Origin: Lingula anatina
Lineage: Eukaryota > Animalia > Brachiopoda
Length of the DNA: 64,000 nt
Reading direction: 5' to 3'
NCBI GenBank assembly: GCA_051362555.1
Contig: CM120648.1
Location: forward strand, 17,294,587 to 17,358,586
Shown one piece after another: positions 39,801 through 54,369 of the stretch (its first letter is position 1; each line of letters opens with the position of its first letter). Both the position numbers and the translations under genes were made by a program. Below the pieces are notes generated by a model. It saw nothing but the letters and a program-made list of their open reading frames with translations. It was not told the origin of the DNA and ran no database searches.

Positions 39801-41653
39801 TCTATAATCAGTCATTTCACGGTGTATATCTATATAAAATTAAGCCAAATAAAATGATGAAAAGGGTAAACAAAAACTCCTCAACGGCAGCAGCTATTTG
39901 ATAAGGAAAAAGTGTAAGGAAAAAAGAGGAGAAAGAGCTTGTCTTTCTCTTTTCATCCCAGCACGTTATCGTGGCATTAGCTCTGAGGGTAAAATGATAG
40001 CTGTTTTATCATAGGAACGTTTACATTCTCTGGTTAGAGCCGATATTGAACGCAGTTAAATCGATATTCTGAAGATGAAACATGACTTTTGTCTCATGGG
40101 AAAATATATATATCTAATTGTACGTGTAAATAATGAGCAAGGGTAGGGAAGAAATATTTTCTCTGAGTTATCTTTGTTGTGACTGCACATTGTTGAATCT
40201 GCTTTGATTTGTGCCCCTTGAGCACAAAATCGATCTATCCTGCAAGTGTAAATGTGTTCTCTTACATACTCAAGGTTTTAACCTTTACTAAAGTGATGTC
40301 TTTTATCTTTGAACACCAGGAATTCACGCCTAGGGGCCTCCGTATCACACCCTGTGGCCTCCGTATCACGCACTTATCATGTAGAGTAAGGAAAGAGAAA
40401 AAAGAAATAAAAAGAGCTACATTGTACTAATCACAGCTTCTAGGGTAAAGTGATTTTTCTTTTTTCTTTCTTTTTTAACACCCATCTCTTCAGTAAACAC
40501 TATTTGTACTAGAAGCTGTGTTATATTGGAATTACACCAAAGCATATAATTGTCCCGTTATCACATCATTGAAGCGCAAATGATAACCAAATTTGAAAAT
40601 GAAAAATGAGAAATTTTTTGGCATAATAAATGATAATAATAAGCCCTGCTAAGTGACCAGTTAACACATACTACTGCATTTAGTTTGTCACACAGTGTCA
40701 TCTTTTCTTGCGATATGTCTCCATGCGTCACAATCTTTATTTCGCTTTCAAAAGTAAATACCTTTTCAGACGATTCAAACAAAAGTACAGTGAGAAGAAT
40801 GAATTGTGTGTATGCACATCTCTTTATTCAGTAAGTCACCATTGTCCAGTGCTACAACATTTTGTTCTACAGATTAAATAACTAGACAAATCATGCGCGT
40901 GACGACACAGGTACAAGCATGCATGTTTCACGTGAACTCCACGCCACCGTGCTTTATAAATTCTGTGCGTGGAGTAACCTCGCACTTCAAAGTGAGACAA
41001 ACGTCTGAAAGGTGGCATTGCCACTGTCACGGACCTTTCACCAAGAGAAATATGACATATGACATGATCAAAGCGACGTGGGAAGCGCACCTGTGTATAC
41101 AGGCCTATACCAGTTGTTTATGGGACTGTCACTTGTGACGGTTCTTCACAGTGCAAAACTAACCTCACTGATGACAAAAATTCCACATGTTGCATTGCAC
41201 AACCGCCCTTTTTCGGTCACAGAAGAGGTGACGAATTCGAATCAAACACGAAAAAAAAAAAGAAAAAGAAAGAAAGAAAAAACACTTCAATCCCAATAGT
41301 TCGAAAATTTTCAGGTTTTGATAACCTAATGACACATTCGGGATCTTTTTAATATAAATCGTTTTAAGACACAATAGAAAAAGTAACAGGTGCATTTTGT
41401 GTCCTCAATTACACGTCTGTACACAACCTTCAGTTGCGTGTACTTAATGAGTGATACCACTGAAATTCATAGAAAAAGAGAGAACTCTTTGTTGCTGAAT
41501 ACACTAAGGATGTCGTAAGAAAATACTAAATATCAATTAAAGCTTAAAGCTAACCTTCAATTTTATGTAATGTTAAAGGACCACTTCTGTTGTATAAGAA
41601 TACTTGAGTGTATTTATTCAATCAATTATAATCGTGTGTTTACGTACCGTACA

Positions 41654-41662
41654 TGTGTGTGT

Positions 41663-41720
<58 letters not shown>
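41654..41720. repeat. (TG)n-(AG)n microsatellite
   Basis: Dinucleotide runs; a complementary (CT)n tract lies at 42131-42211. Confidence 0.9.
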
Positions 41721-41723
<3 letters not shown>

Positions 41724-42125
41724 TGCATTCAGGCGTCGACTAAAACACAAGCGGTCTAAATAAAAACTTAAACGCAGCACAGTGTCATGCTGTCAGACCG
41801 GTAACCTTCCTGGTTAAAACAATACAAACAATAACATACTGTAGACTTGTTCCATACATGATAAAGTATTGTGACTGCCACCACGATATCAAAGTACATT
41901 AGTGCAGATGTTAGTGTGTAACAGCCAGCTGTGATGTATAATCTGTACAGCCAGATATCTTACCTAGAATGACATGTAACAGCCTCTTAAGGCGTGGTCA
42001 TTTTTGTAATACAAACAGTTATATTTTGGGAAAAAGGTAATAAAGCCTTTATGTGAATTTATTTTCAATATGGAGGAAATTCGTGCCGCTGCCAGTACAT
42101 AGCTTGTTTGTTAAGAAGGTGCGCG

Positions 42126-42213
<88 letters not shown>

Positions 42214-42647
42214 ACACACACGTACGTACATATTGACCTAATCACGTGGTATCACGCCCAGCACGTGACTCTCAGACAGGATTTCCAGACATCAGTAATG
42301 ACAACCATGTGTAGTAACCAGCCCCGTTCACGAGACCGACGCACACTACTCATCTTATTAATTTTTTTTCATTGGGGGACTGCCTTAAAATCTGCAAAAC
42401 CAATCCAGACACATATACACCGCCTACTATTCAACAGTTACACGTTTTACCTGCCGACATCACTCCAACAAGCCGTTCATCATTTCACGGTCTAGACCAT
42501 TCATTTGGTTTCCGCTATCCGGAATTCTGAAGTTCCCGTGTACCTGGGAGAAAAGCTCTAAGGTCTACACGCCTAGCAATCGTGTCATTTCCTTCATTTT
42601 ACAAATAGTTTGTCAGATTAAGGTTACACAGTACGGCATTGGTAAGT

Positions 42648-42692
<45 letters not shown>

Positions 42693-43552
42693 CAATGATT
42701 ATCCATACAATAATGTTGCAATGTGACATGTTTCCCGCTATGAGAAGATAGTGGAAAAAATTCAGTGGTTTTGGTTTCTGTGCAACAGTAGCACGCGCGC
42801 ACAGACACACGTGTACACACACTCACACATGCACGCACGCACGCACACGCATACATTCCTATGCAGCACATGCGGTGCACTAGTAACCCACATTTCACTA
42901 ATATTATAGCCATCAGAAGCGTCCCAGGTGCAGTAATCTCTCTCCACACCTGCTCTCTCTCTCTGTACAGCAGAATTTCCTGACTGGTTCTAAATATCCT
43001 CTCTCTGCAGACACCTGCCGGGGTAGATTGAATTAAGACACATGAAGTGCATCAAGGGTCGCTGACTGAATACATACTTCATATTCAATATAGGCCCATA
43101 GGATTACATGGTAGTACCTTGTTATAATAAATAATGTAATATGAAAATGAAAATAATAGCATCATTTATGTGTATAGTAATGACAACAACAACAACAACA
43201 ACAACAATAATAATAATAATAATAGTGATGATGATAACAACATTATTATAATTATTATTTTCATATACTACATATTCTGTGCTTTTGCCGTCTATTCACC
43301 CTTTAAGATCTGGAGTTCAACCGATGTCTTTACTTTACGGAGAAGTGAGTAATGAGTCAACAAATCACAAGGACACGGCTTGACATGCCTCCATCGTGAG
43401 ATTATGACTGATGTGCTTTGACAGCTACTCATCGTCAAGTTTTATGAGCAAATTTTCTACAAGACTTGGACAGATTAATATATTGCTGCTGCAGTGGAGA
43501 GCTCACGATACTTGTTATAACCTTTATCTTAAGTCAAAAACACCCTACCGCC

Positions 43553-43602
<50 letters not shown>

Positions 43603-43683
43603 CATGCACACACAATCATGCACACACACACACACACACACATACACAATCACACAATTGTTAACGCAATCTTTTGTAAACCA

Positions 43684-43831
43684 GGGCTCCGTATCTCGAA
43701 AGGTTCGCTATGTTGCGCACGTGCGCAAGTGTCTCGATTCCATGGCCCCGTATTTCGAAATAGAATCGGTTATGGAATCGAGACACTAACGCTCGTGCGC
43801 AACATAGCGAACCTTTCGAGATACAGAGCCC
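43684..43831. mobile_element. Foldback MITE, probably PIF/Harbinger-type
   Basis: ~60-bp near-perfect arms GGGCTCCGTATCTCGAAAGGTTCGCTATGTTGCGCACG... and ...CGTGCGCAACATAGCGAACCTTTCGAGATACAGAGCCC. TSD is imperfect. Confidence 0.85.
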
Positions 43832-44992
43832 ACATCATCCATAAGCACAGGAAGCAAGAGGTAAAGGAGACCCCCCCATGTCGCTATTCTTTGCTGCCCC
43901 TTCACCCCCCCCCTTCTCAACCACACACAAAAACAAACACATAAACAAACACTTAAATGTGCTTCCTATCCACACTTACGTCATGTTTTGTCTTTTTATT
44001 TGATATATTACACACGAAGTTACAATTTCAATTACGAGCTTGTCATGAATGAAGGGCATTTAGGTGACAAAAACACACACACGGGAAAAGTGAAACCTAC
44101 CTGAATTTTGGACAACACACGGTACGCTTTACATAATATTGCAGGGTTATGTCGTCGTTTGCCAAATAAAAACAAGGAGAGAATTTGACATACCTTTATC
44201 TCAACGTATTATATACCAATTTTATGACGCAATTTAGGATATGACAACAAGAATTAGGGGACCACGTGTGCGCCACGGTATTTACATCCCAGATCGGATT
44301 TCCCCCAAGATTTAAATTATCTTGAGTAGTTTGCTTTAGAATCTTATCTTTAAGGAGTTCTTTTCTTTCGTCACAATATTTTGATATTATCTGCGAAAAC
44401 CCCCTTATTGGACGGCCGGTTATTTGGTGAATCATATTATACAAATACATATTTAGCGCACCCTTCAATGTTTCGATTTCCAATCTATTTTTCCTTGGGT
44501 CTAAATATAGCGTGGTAAAAAAAGAACATTGATATTATCTGCGTAATATCTTATTTACTGGCGGAAATCGTCTACATTTCTACAACATTTGTGAATGGTA
44601 AAACATGCTGAACACGTGTATATCTCAGGTACCAGGCTGTGTACCTGTACTAACACATTGCCGGGGGAATTGATATTTGTACCGACATGGAGTTACACTC
44701 AGTGTTGATTATCATTGGATTTATTGCCTTTCATTATTATTAATATTATCATCATTATTATTCTTAGCCGTTGCACAAAAGCCTGGGTAGAAGTTTGGCA
44801 TATAGGCTGTTTTCCATGAAACAAACTTTCTCTCTCACCGTATATAACGAAATACATACACGTATTTCATATTGATTAAAGATCAATACATGTAGGTTTG
44901 CATGGGGTATTTTATAATAAAAAGTAATACAAAAATGAAAACAATAACATCGGTGATGTTACCAATGCATCACACCTTCCCTCTCCACGTAA

Positions 44993-45043
<51 letters not shown>

Positions 45044-45693
45044 GTTGTTGTTGTTGTTGTTGTTGTTGTTATCTGCCATGTACACATTTATCTAATAATT
45101 TAAACCTTCATTAAACTGTCAGAAACCGTGTTACGTTTTTCTTATAGATGAACATTAATAACTTCCGCTGATGAACAAGAAAACTCGAGTAATCTGCAGG
45201 CAGACGCTTAAACAAAAACTAACGTGTGTGTAAAAAAATTCCTATCACGCACTGCACCGCGTGACCAATAAAACACAATCATATGAAATGTCAACACTTG
45301 AGTTATCTCGTGAGTCAGATATCAAAGTACAATCAACTGTGATCAAGTACGTTGTAATCGGCGAGTATATTGCATTGTTTGATGGCTGAAACCAGAGGGG
45401 GAAACAGAGTGAACCCCCACCCCCTCCCCTCAGCTTCGAAGGCACTCTCATCCCACCTAACAAATGTCTTTTCCCGTGCCTTGAATATTGTGTTGACATA
45501 ATTTATGTTGAAATATTAGGATTGTATTATATTTGCCGAGCAAAAGCAGGCGATGTTTTATCCTCCACACCCCTCCCCGACTCCAATGTTTTCCATGGAT
45601 GTGAGTAAATTTTTGGGTTATTTTTAAAGGATGATTCGTATTATTTATTATTTATTTTTATATGGCCTCTCTCTCTCTTTCTCTGTCTCTCTG

Positions 45694-45735
<42 letters not shown>

Positions 45736-46161
45736 GAACAAACATATTCAAACACGCACTCACGCGCACAAACACGCAAAAAACCACCATTCACGGCACT
45801 ACATGTATCAACATTACATTTGTGTATCAGATCAATTTTCTTTCAATTCGTCACGCTTTCACCTCATTCAGTCTCATTTCATCATCTCCCATGTCATAAG
45901 AATGAGGCCACGGATTTAGATTTCTAACGGAAACGTAACAGTTTGATTAAGATAAGCCATTAGTCACGCAGCACGCACCCAGTTATTAAGTCCTTCTATA
46001 TACCAGTGTCAATATTGATATTTAGATAATAATGTCGCATTGTTGAATTGTGTCAAGATCCCCGTCTGTTTCTCTATGTTACGAGACGAAATGTGTCAAT
46101 GAATGGGAGTTAGGGCGCACTCGGTGACTGATTAGAAATCTGCTGTGAATCATTCATCAAA

Positions 46162-46192
<31 letters not shown>

Positions 46193-46302
46193 GACACAAA
46201 CATTTAAGTATTTCCTTTTAAACGAAGTCATTATAAAATTGTCTTTAGACGGTCTGTTCAACAGAAATGATCTACGTAAAAATACCACAGAATACAGTTC
46301 AA

Positions 46303-46336
<34 letters not shown>

Positions 46337-46759
46337 TCAGTAACATTAGTTTACAAATCATAACGCTCTGGAACATTCAATAAGGGGAGAGTGATCATTT
46401 ATAAATATCATTGGGTGGAAGTCGTAGAACAGTTTCTTGTCTTCAAAGAGAGCCTGCTAAATTCTGCCCACGCCAGCTTATGACTGTCTCACTCAGCTGT
46501 TCACAATTCAAACAGCGTGTATTTGTTGCTTCGATATTTTAACCCCCCTAGTCAGAATATATATATGTGTGAGTCAGGAATCAAAGTACGTTAAAATCAT
46601 AATCACGAGTACTTTACCAAGGCAATCTTCCTGACGTGTCGTCTGATTCGATTAAGTAGAAAAGTGCAAACTACCACCAGTGACAACAGAATTGCTGTGG
46701 TATTGTCTCATCTCAGCGGCGGTGCTCAAATCATGTTTAAAGTGACAGGGAAATTTTAA

Positions 46760-48290
46760 TGTTTTTCTGGTATTTTACTTCCTTGTTTGTATAAGACAGT
46801 ACATTATTTATTAGATTTCGTAAGTCATACATTAGGTTTCATTATTGGTTCTGACAGGAATACTTCCTCAATATTTTTTCAGCAGAGACAATGTTTTCTA
46901 TGATACATTTTGCATAATTCAAGAACCCGTTCTAACTGCGGCCTTTTTCCACTTAATGTTCCCTTATTCAGCTTCGTACTGGTCAATTACTATTTCAGTT
47001 GCAGATACAGACATTTTGCAAGGGGTATGTGTGTGTGTGTGGGGGGGGGGGGGGGGGGGTGGACGGGGGCGCGTCTTCCCTAAAGTAGACATAGTATTCA
47101 CAGCAGGGTCCTGCCTTACATGGGAGATATTATTATGTTTTTCTGACATTTTACTTCCTTGTTTGTGTAAGCCAGTATATTATTTATTAGGTTTCGTAAG
47201 TCATACATTAGGTTTCATTCTTAGTTCTGACAGGAACAGGAATACTTCCTCGGGGGGAAGGGGGGGCGTCTTCCCTAATGTAGGCATTGTATTCACAGCA
47301 GGGTCCTGAGTTACATGAGAGATGTCTTCTACAGTCAGTTACACGTGACTGGTAATACGCCACAAGAATAATCAGCTTCGCACAAAAGAGAGAGAGAGAG
47401 AGAGAGAGAGGGGGTGGCATGACCTGGTATCGGGATTGTGCAAGCTGGTGAATTTAATTCAGTACCGTCTACAAATGCCAATGACACAAAAAATTCTTAG
47501 GTGGACCAAATTGTGATAGTTATTTGTAAAGAGAACGGGGGGGAGGTATGAAAATAGACTGCTTCGCTCAGATAAAAAGAGTTAGTGGCATGACGTCCCT
47601 GAAGTGCGTAAGCTAATGAATTTAATGAATTTGTGTTGGTTATTCGTACAATGTGTATGTAAAGAATAGATGGTATGAACTCTCTACGACACTGTCTCCA
47701 GTAGAGAAGATAGAAGTGGGCTGGATAGCAGGTTGCCAAGTCCCTAGGAGAGCCAGAGCACTGAATGACGTACGACACTGCGGGAGATGCACGTGAGCAG
47801 CCCTGGGTTGTCTGTTTGTCTGCGGACAGTGCCTCCAAGAACCACCCTGACTTGAAGGGTTCACAGTAACTGCCCTCCTGTCACATACTGGTATAGATAT
47901 GTGTAAAAAGAGATCTTCAGTAGTCTCGGAGTTGCAGGGTACCCAAAGCTCACGTGTTAGGAAAGTTTGGGTGCTGCATGAGAGATACCGTTAAGAAACT
48001 GAGAAACAGGAACGGACTCGGGGTTTTGGGGAGAGAGAAGGGGTGGGGGTGGGTGGGGGACATGACTTCCATGTAACATGATTAAAATGTGACCCTTCTT
48101 TTTGTCAGTTTTATATTCTTTTTTCAAAATTCTTACAGTTAGTCTGGGAGTTGCAGGGTTCCTGAAGCTCACGTGTTGGTGAAGTTTACCTTCTGAGAGA
48201 TGACGTTAAGAAACAGGAGCGGATTCTGGGCTTCGGGGGGTTAGCAGGAGTTAATAGGAGGAGGAGGGGGGCATTGCTTCCAATGAGTAA
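46760..48290. repeat. Local diverged tandem duplications
   Basis: 46760-46869 matches 47136-47251; 47066-47128 matches 47263-47324; 47922-48070 matches 48141-48285. Confidence 0.8.
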
Positions 48291-48648
48291 CAACAAAAAA
48301 ACTATGACCCCGATATTAGTCAATGTTATGTCTTTCTCAAAATCCGCACATGCATACGTAATTTCGGACCGTTTTCATCCCCTCTGCCTACTGCTTCTAC
48401 TTCCCGCTAGATGGTAGATGGTTGTTGATCAGCAGCACTTTCACCGCTGTAATATTGCTTTGGTCTGTATACAGTGATCAGTGTACATGTACTTTAGTTA
48501 TATGTCTGCAAGCCTGGGTAAAAATCGATATAAGTCTACGATTTGCCGCCGCTACTATAATACACGCGATAACGCCGTAGACGGAAAGGGCGTGCCGCGG
48601 TCATTAGGGCTTTGAGAATATACTACAGTGATTGTGTGTGTGTGTGTA

Positions 48649-48697
<49 letters not shown>

Positions 48698-50849
48698 CGG
48701 AGTCTGTGCATGTGTTTGTTTGTATTTATTTATTAACGTGACAGGTATATCACCCGGTCTTATTGGCCTTTAAGTCACCGTCTTTCTACATTTATCAACA
48801 AAAAACATAATTTTATAAATTCTAACAATTAAGAGCAATGATAAAACGGCATAGTTACAGTATTTATGTCTTTTATTAGCCTCAACATTAACTATACAGG
48901 CGCTGTATAGAAATATGAAGTATATACACCGGTATATGCTGATGGCAATAACACATCATAAAACCTCAGGCGGTGATACTATACTGGGTGCAAGGTTTTA
49001 TTACATTCAACACAACTTATATGATTCCCTTGTGATTCAGATCCGAATGACAAACAGGACAAACAGGGAACATTCCTAGTTTCAGTATTATAACGCAATA
49101 TAACGTAGACCCGTCCCAAGATTACCACGCCTGAAACCCACAGTCGGATGAGGCCTTATCGCCATCTAATCTTCTTACTGTTATCGGGGTAGTCTTGTTT
49201 GGATTGCCCGAGATGACCGCTCTACGGGGGTGGGGATGTTTCTGATTCTCGATTTTGGAATTTTACTACGACCAGTGGAAAAAAACCCTTTGCATCTTGA
49301 AAAATTCCCTATATTTATACCATATATTATATCTCCCTGTTGTCAATAAGAGGTCGTGTTTAAAAACAGTTGTGTATATATTTTGAAAATATTAACAATA
49401 ATAACTGGTTAATATAAAATTGCGTTCATAGCCAAGAATATTATCAGGAAAGAGTTTGCTATGAGTCTACATGTATAACGGAATCCACCGGGGGAAATAT
49501 CAAAACTAAAGTCAACAAACTATCTCCTGAACGTCATGTCCATTCTCTTCCTCTATTCTTATCCTAATTACTCAAATCCATTTCCATCAAGCACACCAAG
49601 CTAGCTGTCTATCTATCAACCATAGCCGTCTATACACCCATGTATTTATCTGTATATCCCTCTATATCTGGGTGGACGGGGGCTATCTCACCCTCGGGCA
49701 GTCATCCACCAAGGAATAAAAAAATGTAGAAGAGAGAATTAGAGGGAGGCAGAGAAAGAAAAGGGCAGACAACATTGTTGTGTGGACCATGGAGACCTTT
49801 AATTGTTATGACCAAAGAATAAGTCCACGAACATATCTAACCGTTATCAAAACAACAATATACGGAGACTTCGGGTTCAAACAGTGTCGGTATCATCTGA
49901 CCAGTTCTGATGATTGCTTTTTATCAAGCTCTATCATTTTCATTCGTCATATATGCCTCGTATTCATTTGTGTACCTGTATTTTCAAGTGCAAATACTGG
50001 TACCTGAAACGAGACTACAAAGCGTGGGAAGCGACGGGGCACCTGCAGACCTTTTTGTCCTTGGAATATTTCCTTCCTTGACCTCTCGATTCCGGGTCAC
50101 TAGAATTGCTTGAATAAAACACAATGGTTCGCAAAGTGAAAGTAGGGCAACAGGTTTCGACCCTGGAGGGTTAATTCTTGCCTTTTGTTCAAATTCATGG
50201 TTGCGTACAAAAAAATTGCGGTTAGTGCGCAAAATAAGAGTTGTTGATGCTTTCAATAAAAATTGACGGAGGAAGTCTTTAACGGGAAACTAGGAGATGG
50301 TTCGTCCGCCTGTGTGATTTTAAGTTGGTGGCGAAATTTCTAGCTCCCCTTACGCCATAGAGAATATAATAATTAAAGAAGATGATAGTAATATAAACAG
50401 GAAATTGAAATTGAACAAAATAGAAGAAAAACAATGAGTTAAAACTCATTACTGACACGCGTTCAATGCACAGACCATACACAGACATCCAAGATTTCGC
50501 AATTGACAACATCTGATTCTCGTCTAAATATACAGGGGAGCTTAATTTATTGCTATGCACGTGGCATATAATCACAAATGCGCGTGACAGCACATGTATA
50601 AACTGCTCATCTGCGGCGTGTTAAAAAACGCCATAAAAATGTACAGAACTCAATTAGCGAGGTCACGGTGACATTAGGCGAATTCACAACCTGGTGACAC
50701 TGGAGTTAATGAATGACCGACTGACACACGTTTTCGCGCTAGGTGAGATTCCTAGCTTCTCGTTTCATTTTCTTGTTACACTTCGCAGTCGAATACTTCT
50801 AACACGTACTCGACTCGGTAGCGGGATATCAAATAAGCAAAAAAAAAAA

Positions 50850-50925
<76 letters not shown>

Positions 50926-51029
50926 AATAAATAATAAGAAAGAATTATGTAAAAGAAAATTTTATTTTGGATACTGGACAACAGCAGAGTGATGTATCAC
51001 GTCGTTAAAGCAGTATATACGAGACCAGT

Positions 51030-51297
51030 CAAAATAACATCTATCGACCTTGGTTATGTGCACATGATCAACAGGGACTCTCGCTGATTGCAATCAGATT
51101 ACTAGCAACAGAAAAACAACCCCCACTGTTTTCAATGTACTTGTATTAATCACCCTCCTTTCTGCATTCTACAGTGTACGCAACATCGGGGGAGGGGGGG
51201 GGGCACGTTAGTCTGTTAATCTGATAGCATTCAGCAAGAGTCCCCATGGAGTTAGTATCCATCAGGCAGGTCGATAGATTTCAATATAAACGGCCCC
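51030..51297. mobile_element. Old Harbinger-like MITE related to family A
   Basis: Inverted ATCTATCGACCT/AGGTCGATAGAT and GGGACTCTCGCTGA/TCAGCAAGAGTCCC blocks; ends in AAACGGCCCC|TTA. Confidence 0.6.
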
Positions 51298-51751
51298 TTA
51301 CATTTTTTTCTATTGTTATTATTCTAGCATTTGCACAGTCCTGTTGCTGTAACCCAGAATGTCTGAGCCCAATAGAGATTCCACTTTATCATCAGGGCCA
51401 GAGACAAGCTGGTGGTAATACTGTCCTGTTCCCAGTGACCCTCAACATTCAGGGTACCTATAATTTCAGTCATTGAACTCCCCACAGCAATGACTCATGC
51501 CATGAAACAAGTGTGCACCAAATCTCCCGTTTTTATTTTCATTTTCACAGTTCTTAGAGCCTTACAACGAAATTACATCATAAATTTCCCCTTTTCGTGG
51601 AAAAGAGAACTTGAAGCAGGCTAATTGCTTCCATGTCATCAATACACTCTTGATCCTTAGCCAACTTACAGAGTCTGCTGTATATCGTCAAGATATGGCG
51701 GAGGTTTAATAGTGCATAAGCTTGGTATAAACCATCGGATTAAACGGAGAC

Positions 51752-52018
51752 TAGAACTCCATTCACATATACACCATCGGTCTATGCAGATCGATCCAAC
51801 TTTGCGGGGACTCTCACTAAGTGCAATCAGCCTAACTGAATGACACGCCTCCTCTTGTTTCCAACGTAGGCCTACTCGTGCAAACACTAGTTTTTGGGTA
51901 TTTTATTTAACGCCAGGCGGAGGCGTGTTAATCTTTTAAAACTGATTGCACTCGGCAAGAGTCCCCACAGAGTTGGATCGGTCTAAGTAGGGCAGCGGTG
52001 GTTATGGAAACGGGACCC
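51752..52018. mobile_element. Second old Harbinger-like MITE, same subfamily as 51030
   Basis: GATCGATCCAACTTTGCGGGACTCTCACTAAGTGCAATCAG is inverted to CTGATTGCACTCGGCAAGAGTCCCCACAGAGTTGGATCGGTC. Confidence 0.65.
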
Positions 52019-54369
52019 GGTTCGCACTTCGCGTCGTTGAACAACCGCGTCAATTCAACTGGGGTTTGAAATGTCTGCGTCGCCGAGAAGTCTTTTAATG
52101 CACTCATTTAGTTTCAGGATTTTCAGCAGTGTAAATGCTAACTTAAGTGTTTTCAGAACATTCTTTGCACTAAGTCTCAACTGTTGTATTGATACCATGT
52201 GCACTTAGGTTCACGACGTACATGTCAATGACCGGCGTTAATAACTAGGACGAAAATGACAACATTTTAATGAGCATTTTGCATGTATTTTTCATCTTTG
52301 CATTGATATGGCAAACTATAAACATTTACACTATTTCAAATAACTAGCCACCAGATTATAACATTAAAGACACCTTTAAATAATCTAACTTGACGACTTA
52401 AAAACATCGAAAATATATACATAATTGATTATAAACGTCCAGAAGTAGACCATTGCAAACAGTATCATTCCTAAATGTGGGGTTGAACGGAGGTGGCGTG
52501 AGTGGTTAACTCACTGAGTTTAAAATACCTCTTAATAACGAGAGGTTAAAACGAGATTGAGCAGTTAAGCACATGCACCCCAAACTCTCTGAACAGAGTA
52601 TTTGCATGCACATGTGTAAAATAGGACGTTCACTTCACTTGCGTGTTTGTCTTATTATGGACGCTATCCCAGCGGTTAAGAAGTTGCTCTGATCCTTTAA
52701 CCCCCAGACACATTATAATTCTAATCCCTGGTTAGATATAAAGTACAAGTGTAACTGAATTGAACTTCTCCCCATTTGGACACCTACCACCTAATTGCAA
52801 ACATATTAAAATACAGGGCTCACAGAATGTCTGCGACTAGAGCTCGTGATAGTATTGTCTACAGGTAAAAAAAAAGGGAAACCAAAGAAAAGCTACATAC
52901 GGAGATTTACAGATTTGTGCAGAAGGGTCCTTTTAGAAATAATAAGAGTAATACAGCTGACTTGAGTAAATCAGGCCTAGAAAGTTTCTTATCTTCACAA
53001 CGGAGATTTAACACTTAAAATTTAGCCCCATTCAGCCAGGGTACAAATAAGGAGAAGTCCTACGCCCTGTTGACCAAACGACCTTGACGCCGAAAACTGG
53101 TCCAAACTTCTAGCCCACGTTTTTAGTCTACTAAGATCCACGAGAAATGGGTAAAAGATTCAGGTGAGTTTCACAGACAATCCAAAAAACCTCTTTTTTG
53201 CGGTCTTTAAAAAAGCCTCAAGAGAGAATTAAAATTGTCAAAACATTTTTTGTGCCTATTGGCGACTGTAGCCCATTTAGGCATGTTAACCGCATTTCTA
53301 CCAGTGCCAATCCTTTGCAAAACGCCCTTAGACAAATATCTCAATGGTTTCGTCAATCCAATTTTAGCAGTCTGATCTAATCCTTCAACAATTTGACTTT
53401 TTGTGCCGTAGTCCCCGTGAAAGGAAAGCACCAGACAACAGTATATTCGATTCTCTTGGGCTTGTAGGCTGCCTGTGCAATAAAAAAAAGAGAAAGAAAC
53501 CGCAAACCGATGGAATTACCATCATATAACATTCTGTGTTGGCGTATAGTGATGGTGTTACAGATAGATCTTTCCGTAGTTGCTACAGGAAGCGTTTCCT
53601 ATAACATCCCAAAGCCGATGCTGGTAGACTTCTACATATTTATAGCAATCTAAACGCTCCTCTTACGTCAGAGATCGGCGCCCACGTCAGCATAGTTAAT
53701 CTCTAGAAATTTACTCAATCTATTTCAACTTAACCGATATTAAATGATAATAATTATTGTTGTCAGCTAATCAATAATGACGATCCTCATCGATAATAAT
53801 TAAACATTATTATTCCTTCTGACTTAATGGCTTTTTGACTATGAGGAACATTTTACAGAGTTCACAAGTACCCAGAAAAGCTTTTAACAATTTAACGTTT
53901 AGAGACCCGCATCTACGCCTACGGAGTCCATTAACACACGAAAATAATACAGCACAAATATTATAATAAATTAATCTCAAATAAATTAAGAATCAACATG
54001 GAATTAAGTGAGAACAATATCAAGTTTATCAAATAACAATGAGATCGTAGGAGACTACTGCATTCTTGATGTGATTTCGAGCGCAATATTTTGGTGTACT
54101 GTCTAGACTAGGAAGAGCGCTTCAGGCTCTGTTTTAGACGCACCCGGCCGGAAGTCGTTTCCATCAGGTCACGTAAGGGCGTGTAGCATAGCACACATTA
54201 TAATAGTCAAAAAATGGCACAGTTCCAGTCCCATAACATCTCCTAGACGACTTATAGGCTCGTCTATGTTGACAAGAAGAAGTATTTAATTCTGCTTTGA
54301 CTTAATAGGTCAGTATAAACACTGGAAGATAAATTATCGGACCACTCTACTACACATAAATAATCCTCA

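Noticed and set aside
43411-43944. 177-aa ORF and other ORFs with HTHT/CVCV/ERER/IIII runs
   Set aside because: Artefacts of microsatellites and MITEs.
46845-47309. 154-aa ORF with an internal repeat
   Set aside because: Spans a poly-G tract and a local duplication; non-ATG start and no coding signature.
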